Shown piece by piece: positions 50,715-59,377 of a stretch of 64,000 nucleotides of DNA (position 1 is its first letter; every line of letters begins with the position of its first letter). The stretch comes from Candidatus Epulonipiscium sp. (lineage in GTDB: Bacteria > Bacillota > Clostridia > Lachnospirales > Defluviitaleaceae). The stretch covers positions 498-64,497 of the forward strand of contig JAAYML010000002.1 of assembly GCA_012521395.1 (NCBI GenBank). Direction: 5' to 3'. The notes beneath the pieces are model-generated. The model had not been told where the DNA came from, searched no databases, and saw only the letters and a program-made list of their open reading frames with translations. Both the position numbers and the translations under genes were made by a program.

Positions 50715-51142
50715 AATATCTTCTCCATATGAATATGAGGACAAGTTTCTTCATAATAAATGTCTCCCGATGAAGTATAACCCAGTTTTTTATAAAATCC
50801 TTCCGCTCTGCATTGAGCCGATATGGTTATTTTCTCTGCCCCTTCTTCTTTTGCCTTTTCTTCAAGAGACTGCACCAGTACTTTTCCCAGTCCAAGTTTA
50901 CGATATTCTTTTATAACTGCCAATCTGCCAATAGTATAAGTTTTCTTTTGAGAATCCTTTGTAAATAATCTGCCTGTTGCAACCGCTTGCTGATTATCAT
51001 ACAGAACAAGATGAATGGCTTTTTCATCACAATCATATTCATCAAATTCATCTTTGAAACCCTGTTCTTCAATAAATACTTTTTTTCTGATGAATTTCCC
51101 GTCATCTGTTAAATGCCTTGAAAAGACTTTTTCAATTTTCAT
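50711..51142 (-). CDS. GNAT family N-acetyltransferase
   Basis: 143 aa. Acetyl-CoA motif A RLAVIKEYRKLGLGKVLV. Confidence 0.85.
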   Translation of the reverse strand: MKIEKVFSRHLTDDGKFIRKKVFIEEQGFKDEFDEYDCDEKAIHLVLYDNQQAVATGRLFTKDSQKKTYTIGRLAVIKEYRKLGLGKVLVQSLEEKAKEEGAEKITISAQCRAEGFYKKLGYTSSGDIYYEETCPHIHMEKIL

Positions 51143-51183
51143 AAGTTAATCTCCTCTTCTCGAATATATTATTTTTGAGTTGT

Positions 51184-52007
51184 TTACCAAGAACCTTCTA
51201 AAAATTCTTTTTGTATTTTATTATGCCATTTTGCATCAAAACCTAATGGAAGATGTTCTTTATCTATGAACTTTTCATTATCAATTTCTGAAAAATAGTT
51301 ATAAAATTGAAGCTCAACATATATAAATTGATTGCGTTCAGGATTGGTCATGGCATAAATATATCCATAATACGGATCTGCATAAACCGCATATAATTCA
51401 TAGGGAAATTCTTTTGCCCCGTAAATTAAATAATTATCTGAGGACTTTATATTTTTTAAGCGTTCGTATTCCTTTCGGTAACTTTCGTCATCACAGGTAT
51501 AAACCAAATATCCAAGATAAGAAGCATCCCAGGGATTATAGTAAATGTAGCAGAATTTTTCAACTTTCATTGAATCTGTTATTTCATCAGAGAAAATATC
51601 TTTATAACGATTAAAATGATACTTGTATTTTCCATCGTGTCCTAAAATTTCTTCATACATCCTTATATCATTAATCGTTTCCTTACTATCATACATCCAC
51701 AAATACCCAATGACAACAAAAAGCACTGTATATATTCCAATAATAACAAACAAGAGTATGATAATACGAAGAACAGTATTTTTGTATTTTTGTATTTTTT
51801 TAAATAATTGATTTCTTTAAGATTATTATTAACCTGATTCAGATCAATTAATTGATCAGTAATTTTATAATTCATTTCATCATAGATCTTTTTGCTGTCT
51901 TCACAATCCTTTAAGTGTTCTTGTATGTCTTGATTTGTTTCCTGAGAAGTCACATGATCTATGTAATTAGGTAATAAATCTTTTACGATGTGGCATTTTA
52001 AACTCAT
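51184..52007 (-). pseudogene. zf-HC2-type anti-sigma factor, split into two ORFs (51663..52007 and 51184..51753) by a frameshift inside an 8-nt tandem repeat
   Basis: N-terminal ORF has the anti-sigma pattern C-x(n)-H-x(n)-HLKDCEDS, with the last Cys replaced by Ser. Both ORFs encode a hydrophobic helix from the same DNA in different frames. Removing one TACAAAAA unit fuses them in frame (...NYLKKYKNTVLRIIILLFVIIGIYTV...). Confidence 0.6.
51776..51801 (-). repeat. 8-nt tandem repeat (minus strand AAAAATAC x3) at the anti-sigma frameshift site
   Basis: Plus strand gtattttt gtattttt gtattttttt. Deleting one unit restores a single anti-sigma reading frame. Confidence 0.85.
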
Positions 52008-52364
52008 TAAATCTCTCCTTTCATTAATTGCTGTTTCCCCCTAAAAAAGGTTACCCTGGCCCAGCTTTCTGATTTATTCATTATCTCACCTATTTCAGCA
52101 AAAGATAATTCTCCCAATAATCTCAAATAAATCACATCCCGGTAATCTTTATCGAGACTTTGATTTTTTTATAAAAATTGATTTTATCCTGACGATCAAT
52201 AAATTCTTCGATATTGTTATCCGAATCTTCTATTTCTATATCCTCAAGAGAAATTGCTTTGTGTTTTTATTCTTTTCTAAATACTTATACCGCACAAATC
52301 TGGCAATTTAACATAACCAGACGGCAGGCTTACATTCTCCTCTGTACTTGTTGATGGATTTCAT
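52007..52364 (-). pseudogene. ECF-type sigma-70 factor remnant (5'-truncated, one in-frame stop, at least two frameshifts)
   Basis: Own three-frame translation. Frame 1: MKSINKYRGECKPAVWLC*IARFVRYKYLEKNK, the end of region 2. Frame 2: LSLEDIEIEDSDNNIEEFIDRQDKINFYKK. Frame 3: SLDKDYRDVIYLRLLGELSFAEIGEIMNKSESWARVTFFRGKQQLMKGEI*, which is region 4. Its stop overlaps the anti-sigma ATG (TAATG). Confidence 0.65.
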
Positions 52365-52432
52365 TGCCTCACCTCCTCAACTATTATGTACGGATTAAGA
52401 AAATTTCGTTACAAAAAAATAAGAGTACCAGT

Positions 52433-52466
52433 TAAAAAAATTCAAAGGTCATCTGAAGACCTCAAA
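52433..52466 (-). terminator. weak terminator after the GT8 gene
   Basis: Minus-strand RNA GAGGUC-uucagau-GACCUU (6 bp including one G-U) followed by UGAAUUUUUUU. Confidence 0.4.
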
Positions 52467-52489
52467 TTTTATATATCTGGTAGCGGAAT

Positions 52490-53296
52490 TTAGGATAAAG
52501 CTAATTTTTCATAATGCTTATATAATGAATGAAATTTGCCACTATATTTTTTTTGCCAGGGTTTCTTTTTTCCACAAAAATGCAGGATAACCGTATGATA
52601 AATGACATAATCCATATCATATTCACCACTGCTTAAAATCTTATAATAATTATAGAATCTGGCATCGTAATTATACAAAATCTCATCAATACTCTTTATT
52701 TTCTTTGAATATAAGGCATTTAAGATATCCTGGTCCGGCATGATTAATTTAGATTTATGTTTTCTTACAAAATCAAATATCTCATTTTCATTCATTAAAT
52801 TCCTTTGCAGTTTTAAATTCATAAGAAGTACACCCGAATTATAATATTTATCTATTTCATACGGACTCAGTCTAAAGCGGTTAATTTCCCTGACAGAAAT
52901 CTTATTATGATAAGCGGCAGCAAATAAATAGTCTTCAAGATCTAAATGATATAAACCATCTATCTTATTGATGACTAAGATATCCGGATCTAGATACAAG
53001 ATTTTATCAAGTTCTTCAGGTAAAAATTTAAAAGCCAGGAGCCTGTAATACATTTCTTTTGTATAATGCATCAGTGTCGGTGCATCCTCAAAATAATCAT
53101 CAGCAATCTTAATGGCTTTTAATTGTCTTCCATGCTGCTTTATATAAGTGTTTAAATCTGCTAATTCATCCTCTTTGATTCTAGAATAAATGAGATAAAT
53201 GGTAAATTCATCTTCCGCATTATTTAAAAAAAGTGATTTTAACATAACTTTTAAAGGCAGAATATAATTCGAGTCTACTGTAACAAGTATGTTCAC
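52490..53296 (-). CDS. glycosyltransferase family 8 (GspA / LPS glycosyltransferase-like)
   Basis: NILVTVDSNYILP..., DxD motif in ILYLDPDILV, and YYNSGVLLMNL. I prefer GTG 53296 (AGAGGTGA RBS 5 nt upstream). The track's 53401 start has no RBS. Confidence 0.8.
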   Translation of the reverse strand: MNILVTVDSNYILPLKVMLKSLFLNNAEDEFTIYLIYSRIKEDELADLNTYIKQHGRQLKAIKIADDYFEDAPTLMHYTKEMYYRLLAFKFLPEELDKILYLDPDILVINKIDGLYHLDLEDYLFAAAYHNKISVREINRFRLSPYEIDKYYNSGVLLMNLKLQRNLMNENEIFDFVRKHKSKLIMPDQDILNALYSKKIKSIDEILYNYDARFYNYYKILSSGEYDMDYVIYHTVILHFCGKKKPWQKKYSGKFHSLYKHYEKLALS

Positions 53297-53406
53297 AATA
53301 GTCACCTCTTTGTATATATTTTTCATAACAGAATGTTCTTTCGAAATAGTATAAATAGTTCTGCTATCGTATATTATACAACATTGTTTTGGATTTAACA
53401 TATAGC

Positions 53407-53435
53407 TTGAAAAGATTTTGTCGATACAATATAAT
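53407..53435 (+). promoter_or_regulatory. strong sigma-A-type promoter driving the leader of the TM1266-like/hydG operon
   Basis: TTGAAA-17 nt-TATAAT on the plus strand, about 190 nt upstream of the ATG at 53628. Confidence 0.65.
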
Positions 53436-53535
53436 AAATATAATTAAATAAATTAATAATTCGATTGTACTGATACAAAAGGGTTCGTCCCGATTGTGAA
53501 GGCAAGAGAATAATAATGCATATTTATTTGTTATT

Positions 53536-53566
53536 ATCCTTGTGCCTTTTAGTACAAGGATTTTTC
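53536..53566 (+). terminator. intrinsic terminator inside the 5' leader of the TM1266-like/hydG operon
   Basis: ATCCTTGT(GC)-loop-(GT)ACAAGGAT followed by TTTTTC, about 60 nt upstream of the start codon and about 100 nt downstream of the promoter. Confidence 0.65.
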
Positions 53567-53627
53567 TATGCAAAAATCCAGAATTATTGTAAACTAGCAA
53601 ATTAATTTTTTAACAAGGGGAGATGAT

Positions 53628-53885
53628 ATGGAAACCAGAATTGCTATCGTAGGTATCATTGTTGAGAATCCGGATTCAGTGGAAAAACTTAACAAAATCC
53701 TGCACGATTATAATGAATTTATTATTGGCAGAATGGGCATTCCTTATCACAAACGAAATATTTCAATTATTAGTATTGTGATGGATGCTCCCAATGATGT
53801 GATTAGTGCCCTTTCAGGAAAACTTGGTATGCTTCCTGATGTCAGCACAAAAACCGTTTATTCAAAACTATCTGCAAAAAAATAA
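53628..53885 (+). CDS. TM1266-like putative iron-only hydrogenase system regulator (ACT/NikR-C-like small protein)
   Basis: 85 aa. RIAIVGIIVENPDSVEKLNKILHDY...IIGRMGIPY... pattern and its position immediately upstream of hydG. GGGGAG RBS. Confidence 0.6.
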   Translation: METRIAIVGIIVENPDSVEKLNKILHDYNEFIIGRMGIPYHKRNISIISIVMDAPNDVISALSGKLGMLPDVSTKTVYSKLSAKK

Positions 53886-53915
53886 TGAATCAGCTGATTT
53901 GGAAGGAGTTATATT

Positions 53916-55343
53916 ATGTACAATGTAAAATCTTTTGATTCCAATGAATTTATATGCCATGAAGAGATATTAAATTCAATGGAAGATGCAAAGAAAGCCG
54001 TTCAGAATAAGTATGAAATTGAAAGGATCTTAGATAAAGCTGCAAACTTAAAAGGACTTTCTCACAAAGAAGCTGCTGTTTTATTAGAAGTGGACGATGA
54101 TGAAACTTTAAACAAAATTTATAAAATAGCAAATGATATTAAAGAAAAAATATATGGTAAACGAATTGTCCTTTTTGCCCCCCTGTATTTATCCAATTAC
54201 TGTGTAAATAATTGTAAATACTGTGGTTTAAAATGCAGCAATCAAATTGCAAGACATAAACTTACCCAGGAAGAATTGAGGGAAGAAGTAAGAGCTTTAG
54301 AAGCTATGGGACATAAAAGACTACTTCTTGAAGCGGGAGAAGATGATCAGAACTGTCCTATTGATTATATTTTGGAATGCATAAAGACCATTTATAATGA
54401 GAAATTTAAAAATGGTTCTATCCGACGAGTAAATATTGACATTGCAGCCACTACTGAGGAAAACTATAAAAAATTAAAAGAAGCAGGAATAGGAACATAT
54501 ACCCTTTTCCAGGAAACTTATCACAAACCCACTTATCTTGAAGTTCACAAAGGACCCAAACGAAATTATGAATGGCATACAGAAGCTATGGACAGGGCAA
54601 TGCTTGGCGGAGGCATTGATGATGTCGGTATAGGTGTCCTTTATGGTTTATATGATTATCATTATGAAACCATTGCATTGCTTATGCATGTAGAACATTT
54701 AGAAGCCGTTTGCGGTATTGGTCCTCACACGATTTCTATACCCAGATTGCTGCCGGCTGAAGGTGTCAATTATGAAGAATTTCCTTATTTAATCAATAAC
54801 AGAGATTTCAAAAAAGTGGTTGCAGTCATTCGTCTTGCTGTGCCTTATACTGGTATGATTCTTTCCACCAGAGAATCTGCCGAATTCCGTAACGAATTGT
54901 TAACAGTAGGAATATCTCAGATGAGTGCAGGTTCTTCAGTTGGCGTTGGAGGATATGCTAAAAAAGACGTTTATATAGAAGATGGTGTAGAAGAAAAACC
55001 CCAATTTTATTTAGCCGACCATAGAAAACCCATTGATGTCATAAAAGGTCTTGTTAAAGACGGATATATCCCAAGTTACTGTACAGCCTGCTATAGGGAA
55101 GGCAGAACTGGTGATCGCTTTATGCCTCTTGCCAAATCCGGCCAAATATCCAACTGCTGTTTGCCTAATGCCCTTTTGACTTTCGAAGAATATTTAAGAG
55201 ATTATGCCGATGATGAATTAATGGAAATGGGACAAAGCTTAATCGACAAAGAAATCAATAACATTCCTAGCGAAAGACGCAGACAAAGAACCCTTGAATA
55301 TTTAAACAGAATCCGTAACGGGGAAAGAGATTTGCGATTCTAG
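53916..55343 (+). CDS. hydG: [FeFe]-hydrogenase H-cluster maturase, radical SAM enzyme HydG
   Basis: 475 aa. Radical SAM CVNNCKYCG (CX3CX2C) and the HydG-specific C-terminal CX2CX22C (CTACYREGRTGDRFMPLAKSGQISNCC). ThiH-like core. Confidence 0.9.
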   Translation: MYNVKSFDSNEFICHEEILNSMEDAKKAVQNKYEIERILDKAANLKGLSHKEAAVLLEVDDDETLNKIYKIANDIKEKIYGKRIVLFAPLYLSNYCVNNCKYCGLKCSNQIARHKLTQEELREEVRALEAMGHKRLLLEAGEDDQNCPIDYILECIKTIYNEKFKNGSIRRVNIDIAATTEENYKKLKEAGIGTYTLFQETYHKPTYLEVHKGPKRNYEWHTEAMDRAMLGGGIDDVGIGVLYGLYDYHYETIALLMHVEHLEAVCGIGPHTISIPRLLPAEGVNYEEFPYLINNRDFKKVVAVIRLAVPYTGMILSTRESAEFRNELLTVGISQMSAGSSVGVGGYAKKDVYIEDGVEEKPQFYLADHRKPIDVIKGLVKDGYIPSYCTACYREGRTGDRFMPLAKSGQISNCCLPNALLTFEEYLRDYADDELMEMGQSLIDKEINNIPSERRRQRTLEYLNRIRNGERDLRF

Positions 55344-55346
55344 ATT

Positions 55347-55382
55347 AAAAAAACATCTTCAAATTTTTGAAGATGTTTTTTT
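55347..55382. terminator. bidirectional terminator between convergent hydG and the LysM gene
   Basis: AAAAAAACATCTTCAAA / TTTGAAGATGTTTTTTT palindrome flanked by A- and T-runs. Confidence 0.85.
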
Positions 55383-55387
55383 AATAT

Positions 55388-56803
55388 TTACCGGATTCCT
55401 GCAGCAATTTTCACTTGTTCCTGATGAGCCGTTGAAATTAAACCATCTTTATGACGAATACTATTTTTAAAGTGAATATCAAAATGCCCATTAAAATTAT
55501 TATCCGTAATATAGGCTACATCATGTGGCATTGAAGCCATGGAAGCAGCTATTTTTCTTCCGTCCACCTGAACAATAACCGCTCTTTCTTTCCATGAATA
55601 ATTCCCGCCCCATATTTCTTTTATAATGGCTGCATCTTTTGCAGACAAAGGTTCGCAATCTGCATGAAAAGCCCCTGTGGTCCTTTTTACCTTAAAACTC
55701 TTTCCCGTTTGAAAGTCCGTTACGGTGGCCACTTTATCTATGGGAAACAGATATTGAGCCTCTGTCCACCAATCTAAATACTCTCCATGACGTTCACTGA
55801 CCCTTTCCTTCTGAGCAATATGATGAACAGGAATTTTAATTTTTTGCCCAACAGATAAGGGGCTATTTTCTGTCATATTATTGACAGCCAGTAATTCTGT
55901 GAAAGGTACTCCGTATTTTATGCTCAGATCCCACAAATTATCACCTGCTTTAAGGCTGTAGCTCATATAAGTTATATAATTACTGCTTGACGGTGTATTG
56001 ATTTTTGCATTCGTATCTGTTTCGATTTTTAGCTCTTGACCGGCATAAATGGTATCTCCTTTCAGAGCATTTAATTCTTTTATTTTACTGACTGTTGTAT
56101 TGTATTGATTTGCAATTTTCCATAAACTTTCTCCTGCTTTTACTTTATGCGATTTAAGGGATGAACGGATGTTAATTGTTTTTGTATTTTGATCCCAGTG
56201 AACATCCATTCCAAGACTTTCACTAATAAACCTTAATGGAACCATAGTCGTTCCATTGTCTATATAAGCAGGCTGCATTTCAATTAAACGGTCATTAACC
56301 CGGACCTTATTTGAACCCACAACAAAAGAAATTTTAGTATTATCTTTATTTATACCTACTGTTTTAGACGAAGCATTCCACCATACTTCTGCCCCCAAAG
56401 TCTCGGCAACATCTCTTAGGGGAATGTAAGTTGTCCCGTTTTTTATCACAGGAGAACGGGAAAACTGATATTTTTGACCGTTAATGATAATAGAAATAGG
56501 GCTTGAACTTTGGCTGCTTTGAACTCCTGTTGCTGCAGCACTGACTGAAACAGGACTTGTAAAAGGGATGCTGGCAATCAGCATGCTTCCAGCCATAAGC
56601 TTAATGGTGTTGATTTTAATATTTTTAAAATTTTCACTGATGTAGTTTTTTATACTGTAGTAAAAATTTTTGTTTGTTGAAATATCTTCTTTATTAGTTA
56701 ATTCTTTTGCAAACTCAGTTAAATCCGGATTGATGTATAAAGTCAAAATATAACCAGACGCGTCTTTATCTAATTGGTGTTTGATAAAAATATCCATTAC
56801 CAA
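55388..56803 (-). CDS. cell-wall-associated protein: 2x copper-amine-oxidase-N-like (stalk) domains, 2x LysM, and an unassigned C-terminal domain
   Basis: 471 aa. TM/signal anchor near residue 70. Repeats GTTYIPLRDVAETLGAEVWWN / GTTMVPLRFISESLGMDVHWD. LysM repeats HKVKAGESLWKIANQY... / YSLKAGDNLWDLSIKY... Confidence 0.8.
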   Translation of the reverse strand: MVMDIFIKHQLDKDASGYILTLYINPDLTEFAKELTNKEDISTNKNFYYSIKNYISENFKNIKINTIKLMAGSMLIASIPFTSPVSVSAAATGVQSSQSSSPISIIINGQKYQFSRSPVIKNGTTYIPLRDVAETLGAEVWWNASSKTVGINKDNTKISFVVGSNKVRVNDRLIEMQPAYIDNGTTMVPLRFISESLGMDVHWDQNTKTINIRSSLKSHKVKAGESLWKIANQYNTTVSKIKELNALKGDTIYAGQELKIETDTNAKINTPSSSNYITYMSYSLKAGDNLWDLSIKYGVPFTELLAVNNMTENSPLSVGQKIKIPVHHIAQKERVSERHGEYLDWWTEAQYLFPIDKVATVTDFQTGKSFKVKRTTGAFHADCEPLSAKDAAIIKEIWGGNYSWKERAVIVQVDGRKIAASMASMPHDVAYITDNNFNGHFDIHFKNSIRHKDGLISTAHQEQVKIAAGIR

Positions 56804-57019
56804 TACTCCTTTAGCAGCCTATGATAAAAATTTAGTCAATATAGTTTGGCAAGCATGAAAGCATTTTATGCATTACCTGATAGTCAATCTTTGATAATTG
56901 ATATTTCTGCTATCCGGCTGTATCATTTAAAGGATACACACCACCATGGACTTCACCAAAAAATTGATTTAAATATTTCCCTTAATTTTTCTGAATGTAA
57001 CTTCATTTTTTGAATTAAC

Positions 57020-57049
57020 TTGATAAATTATAATTACCCATGATATAAT
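57020..57049 (+). promoter_or_regulatory. sigma-A-type promoter (extended -10) for the CcdA-thioredoxin fusion gene
   Basis: TTGATA-18 nt-TATAAT with TG at -15/-14 (TGATATAAT), 26 nt upstream of the ATG. Confidence 0.55.
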
Positions 57050-57074
57050 AAAAAAAAATATAAGGAGTGAGAAA

Positions 57075-58376
57075 ATGGATTCCATCGTTTCAGCTGGTAA
57101 TATTAGTTTTTTTCTGGTGTTTATTGAAGGTATTGTATCTTTTTTTTCACCTTGCGTAATTCCTTTAATCCCGCTTTATATGAGTTATTTGGCAGGAAGC
57201 TCCAATGAGACTTCTGAAAATGGTAAAATGATTTTTGATAGAAAAAAAGTCTTTATCAATACAATATTTTTTGTATTGGGAATTTCCTTTGCATTCTTTA
57301 TTCTGGGTATGACTTTTACAGCTGTAGGAAGTTTTTTAAACAGTAACCGCTTACTTTTTACCCGCATTGCAGGAATACTTGTTATTATTTTAGGTTTATT
57401 CCAGTTAGGTTTATTTAATATAAAATTTTTAAATCAAGAACGAAAAATTCATCTGAATATCGATAATAAAAAAGTGAATCCTTTTGTCGCTTTTCTTCTT
57501 GGATTTACTTTTAGCTTTGCCTGGACGCCTTGTGTTGGTCCAGCCCTGTCTTCTGTATTGATTTTTGCCTCAAGTTCCAACAGCTACATTATTGGTAATT
57601 TATTAGTTCTATTATATACTCTTGGCTTTATCATTCCATTCTTATTACTGGGCTTATTTACGACTCAAGTGATAAACTTTTTAGATAAACATAGAAATAT
57701 TGTAAAATACACTGTAAAAATTGGCGGAGTGCTTTTAATTCTTATCGGAATTATACTGTTTACCGGCTGGATGAATAGTATATCAAGCTACTTAAATTCT
57801 TTTGGTAGTTCCAGGACGCCCAATCAGCAAGAAGAAGTCTCAGATTCTTCAACCGATGAAAAAAATGAAGAAAATCAAGAGCAAACAAATGAAGAAAATC
57901 AAGAAACAAATGAAGAAACAATATATCCTGCCATTGATTTTACTTTGGTCGATCAATATGGCAATGAGCATACGCTTTCTGAATACAAAGGCAAAGTGGT
58001 ATTCCTGAATTTTTGGGCAACCTGGTGTCCACCTTGCCGGGCTGAAATGCCTGACATCGAAGAACTGTATCATGAATATGGAGAAAATCAGGAAGACGTC
58101 ATTATTTTAGGTATTTCTAGCCCTAAAACTGCTGAAAATCCTTATACCAAGGAAGTAGACAAAGAAGGGGTTATTCAATTTTTAGATGAAAGGCATATTA
58201 CTTTCCCTATCTTATTTGATGAAACTGGCTCTGTTTTTTATGACTATGAGATTTATTCCTTGCCGACCAGTTACTTTATTGATAAAGAAGGCAATATTTA
58301 TGGCTATGCACCAGGAATGATTACTAAAGATGTCATGAAAAGCACCATAGAACTGTTGAGAAATCCTGTAGACTAA
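57075..58376 (+). CDS. fused CcdA/DsbD-type thiol-disulfide transporter + TlpA/ResA-like thioredoxin domain
   Basis: 433 aa. N-terminal 6-TM CcdA core with FFSPCVIPLIP and FAWTPCVGP. An acidic low-complexity linker. C-terminal thioredoxin fold with WATWCPPC. Confidence 0.85.
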   Translation: MDSIVSAGNISFFLVFIEGIVSFFSPCVIPLIPLYMSYLAGSSNETSENGKMIFDRKKVFINTIFFVLGISFAFFILGMTFTAVGSFLNSNRLLFTRIAGILVIILGLFQLGLFNIKFLNQERKIHLNIDNKKVNPFVAFLLGFTFSFAWTPCVGPALSSVLIFASSSNSYIIGNLLVLLYTLGFIIPFLLLGLFTTQVINFLDKHRNIVKYTVKIGGVLLILIGIILFTGWMNSISSYLNSFGSSRTPNQQEEVSDSSTDEKNEENQEQTNEENQETNEETIYPAIDFTLVDQYGNEHTLSEYKGKVVFLNFWATWCPPCRAEMPDIEELYHEYGENQEDVIILGISSPKTAENPYTKEVDKEGVIQFLDERHITFPILFDETGSVFYDYEIYSLPTSYFIDKEGNIYGYAPGMITKDVMKSTIELLRNPVD

Positions 58377-58459
58377 ATCCAGTTTAAGAATACTTTTCAT
58401 GCCATTATTACAATACCATAATCCTGTCTTTTATACGATAAAGATAAATTTAAAGGGGT

Positions 58460-58897
58460 ATGGATATGAAAAATCAATATAATTTACCATGCAATATTGC
58501 ACAAACACTAAATATCATAGGAGATAAATGGACCTTATTAATTCTTTGTCAAATCTTTAAAGGAAATGATACTTTTAATGCTTTGCTTGAAAACTTAGAA
58601 GGTATTTCTACCAACCTCTTATCCAATCGTCTAAAGGCTTTAGAAAAAGATGAACTAATCATTCCTGTTCTATATCAAAAACACCCTCCCCGCTATCGAT
58701 ATGAACTGACTGAAAGCGGAAAAGATTTAGAAGATATATTTTACAGCATTATCCTTTGGGGAGAAAGACATTTAAAAAAATGCTATAAAGAAGTCATTCA
58801 TCAGTCCTGTCATCACAAAATTCAACTAAAATATTATTGTCCCCACTGTGATAAAATGATTAATAAAAATGAGCTTTTCATTAAAGACATTGAATAA
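58460..58897 (+). CDS. HxlR-family winged-helix transcriptional regulator with a Cys/His-rich C-terminal extension
   Basis: CNIAQTLNIIGDKWTLLILCQIF...LSNRLKALEKDELI...YELTESG is the HxlR pattern. It carries an extra ~30-aa tail, SCHHKIQLKYYCPHCDK. Confidence 0.85.
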   Translation: MDMKNQYNLPCNIAQTLNIIGDKWTLLILCQIFKGNDTFNALLENLEGISTNLLSNRLKALEKDELIIPVLYQKHPPRYRYELTESGKDLEDIFYSIILWGERHLKKCYKEVIHQSCHHKIQLKYYCPHCDKMINKNELFIKDIE

Positions 58898-58900
58898 AAA

Positions 58901-58924
58901 AAGCCAGTCAACTGGCTTTTTTTA
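58901..58924 (+). terminator. rho-independent terminator after the HxlR-family gene
   Basis: AGCCAGT-caa-ACTGGCT followed by T7, immediately after the stop. Confidence 0.85.
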
Positions 58925-59310
58925 TTCGGGCATATTTTCCACTTCTTTTATCCGAGTTTTCTGCTATCTTACCATCCGTCATAATTAGCTATAGAAAATC
59001 TAAAATCTGACTGGGTAATAGTCTGATATTTTTGCATCCCGAAAGAACTAGGCTTCCAGCCACTTTTAACGGCTCCGCCAAAAGGTTAATCTCTGATCTG
59101 GATAAGTTTAGATCTCCCTTTAAAATTATACTTTCCTGTCAACAAGTAAATAACTGGCTAAATAAATTCCTTCTACTCTCTTTATCAAAATATATAATTA
59201 AAAGTTTTATGCTCACTCTTCTAATCTATGTTCATTAAAAAAATCTTATCAAACAGGTTAAATATTTTTCATATGTTTATTAAAGTTTGAACTATTTTAA
59301 TGATTTAATA

Positions 59311-59330
59311 GAAAAATATCGAAAAATATG
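59311..59330 (+). repeat. 10-bp tandem direct repeat upstream of the response-regulator remnant
   Basis: GAAAAATATC GAAAAATATG, followed by the inverted repeat TATGATA-n10-TATCATA, 48-67 nt upstream of ATG 59378. Confidence 0.6.
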
Positions 59331-59377
59331 ATAAGTTAAAATATATCATAAAATTATTTTATGGAGTGGAATTTAAA

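Noticed and set aside
53297-53401. The N-terminal 35 codons of the track ORF for the GT8 gene (MLNPKQCCIIYDSRTIYTISKEHSVMKNIYKEVTI).
   Set aside because: No RBS at 53401 or at the internal ATG. A strong AGAGGTGA RBS precedes GTG 53296, which gives the usual GT8 N-terminus. The extension is treated as non-coding.
57864-57920. A 24-nt periodic DNA repeat (AATGAAGAAAATCAAGA...) that might be a VNTR or contingency locus.
   Set aside because: It is in frame (a multiple of 3) and simply encodes the acidic E/N/Q linker between the CcdA and thioredoxin domains. No frameshift potential.
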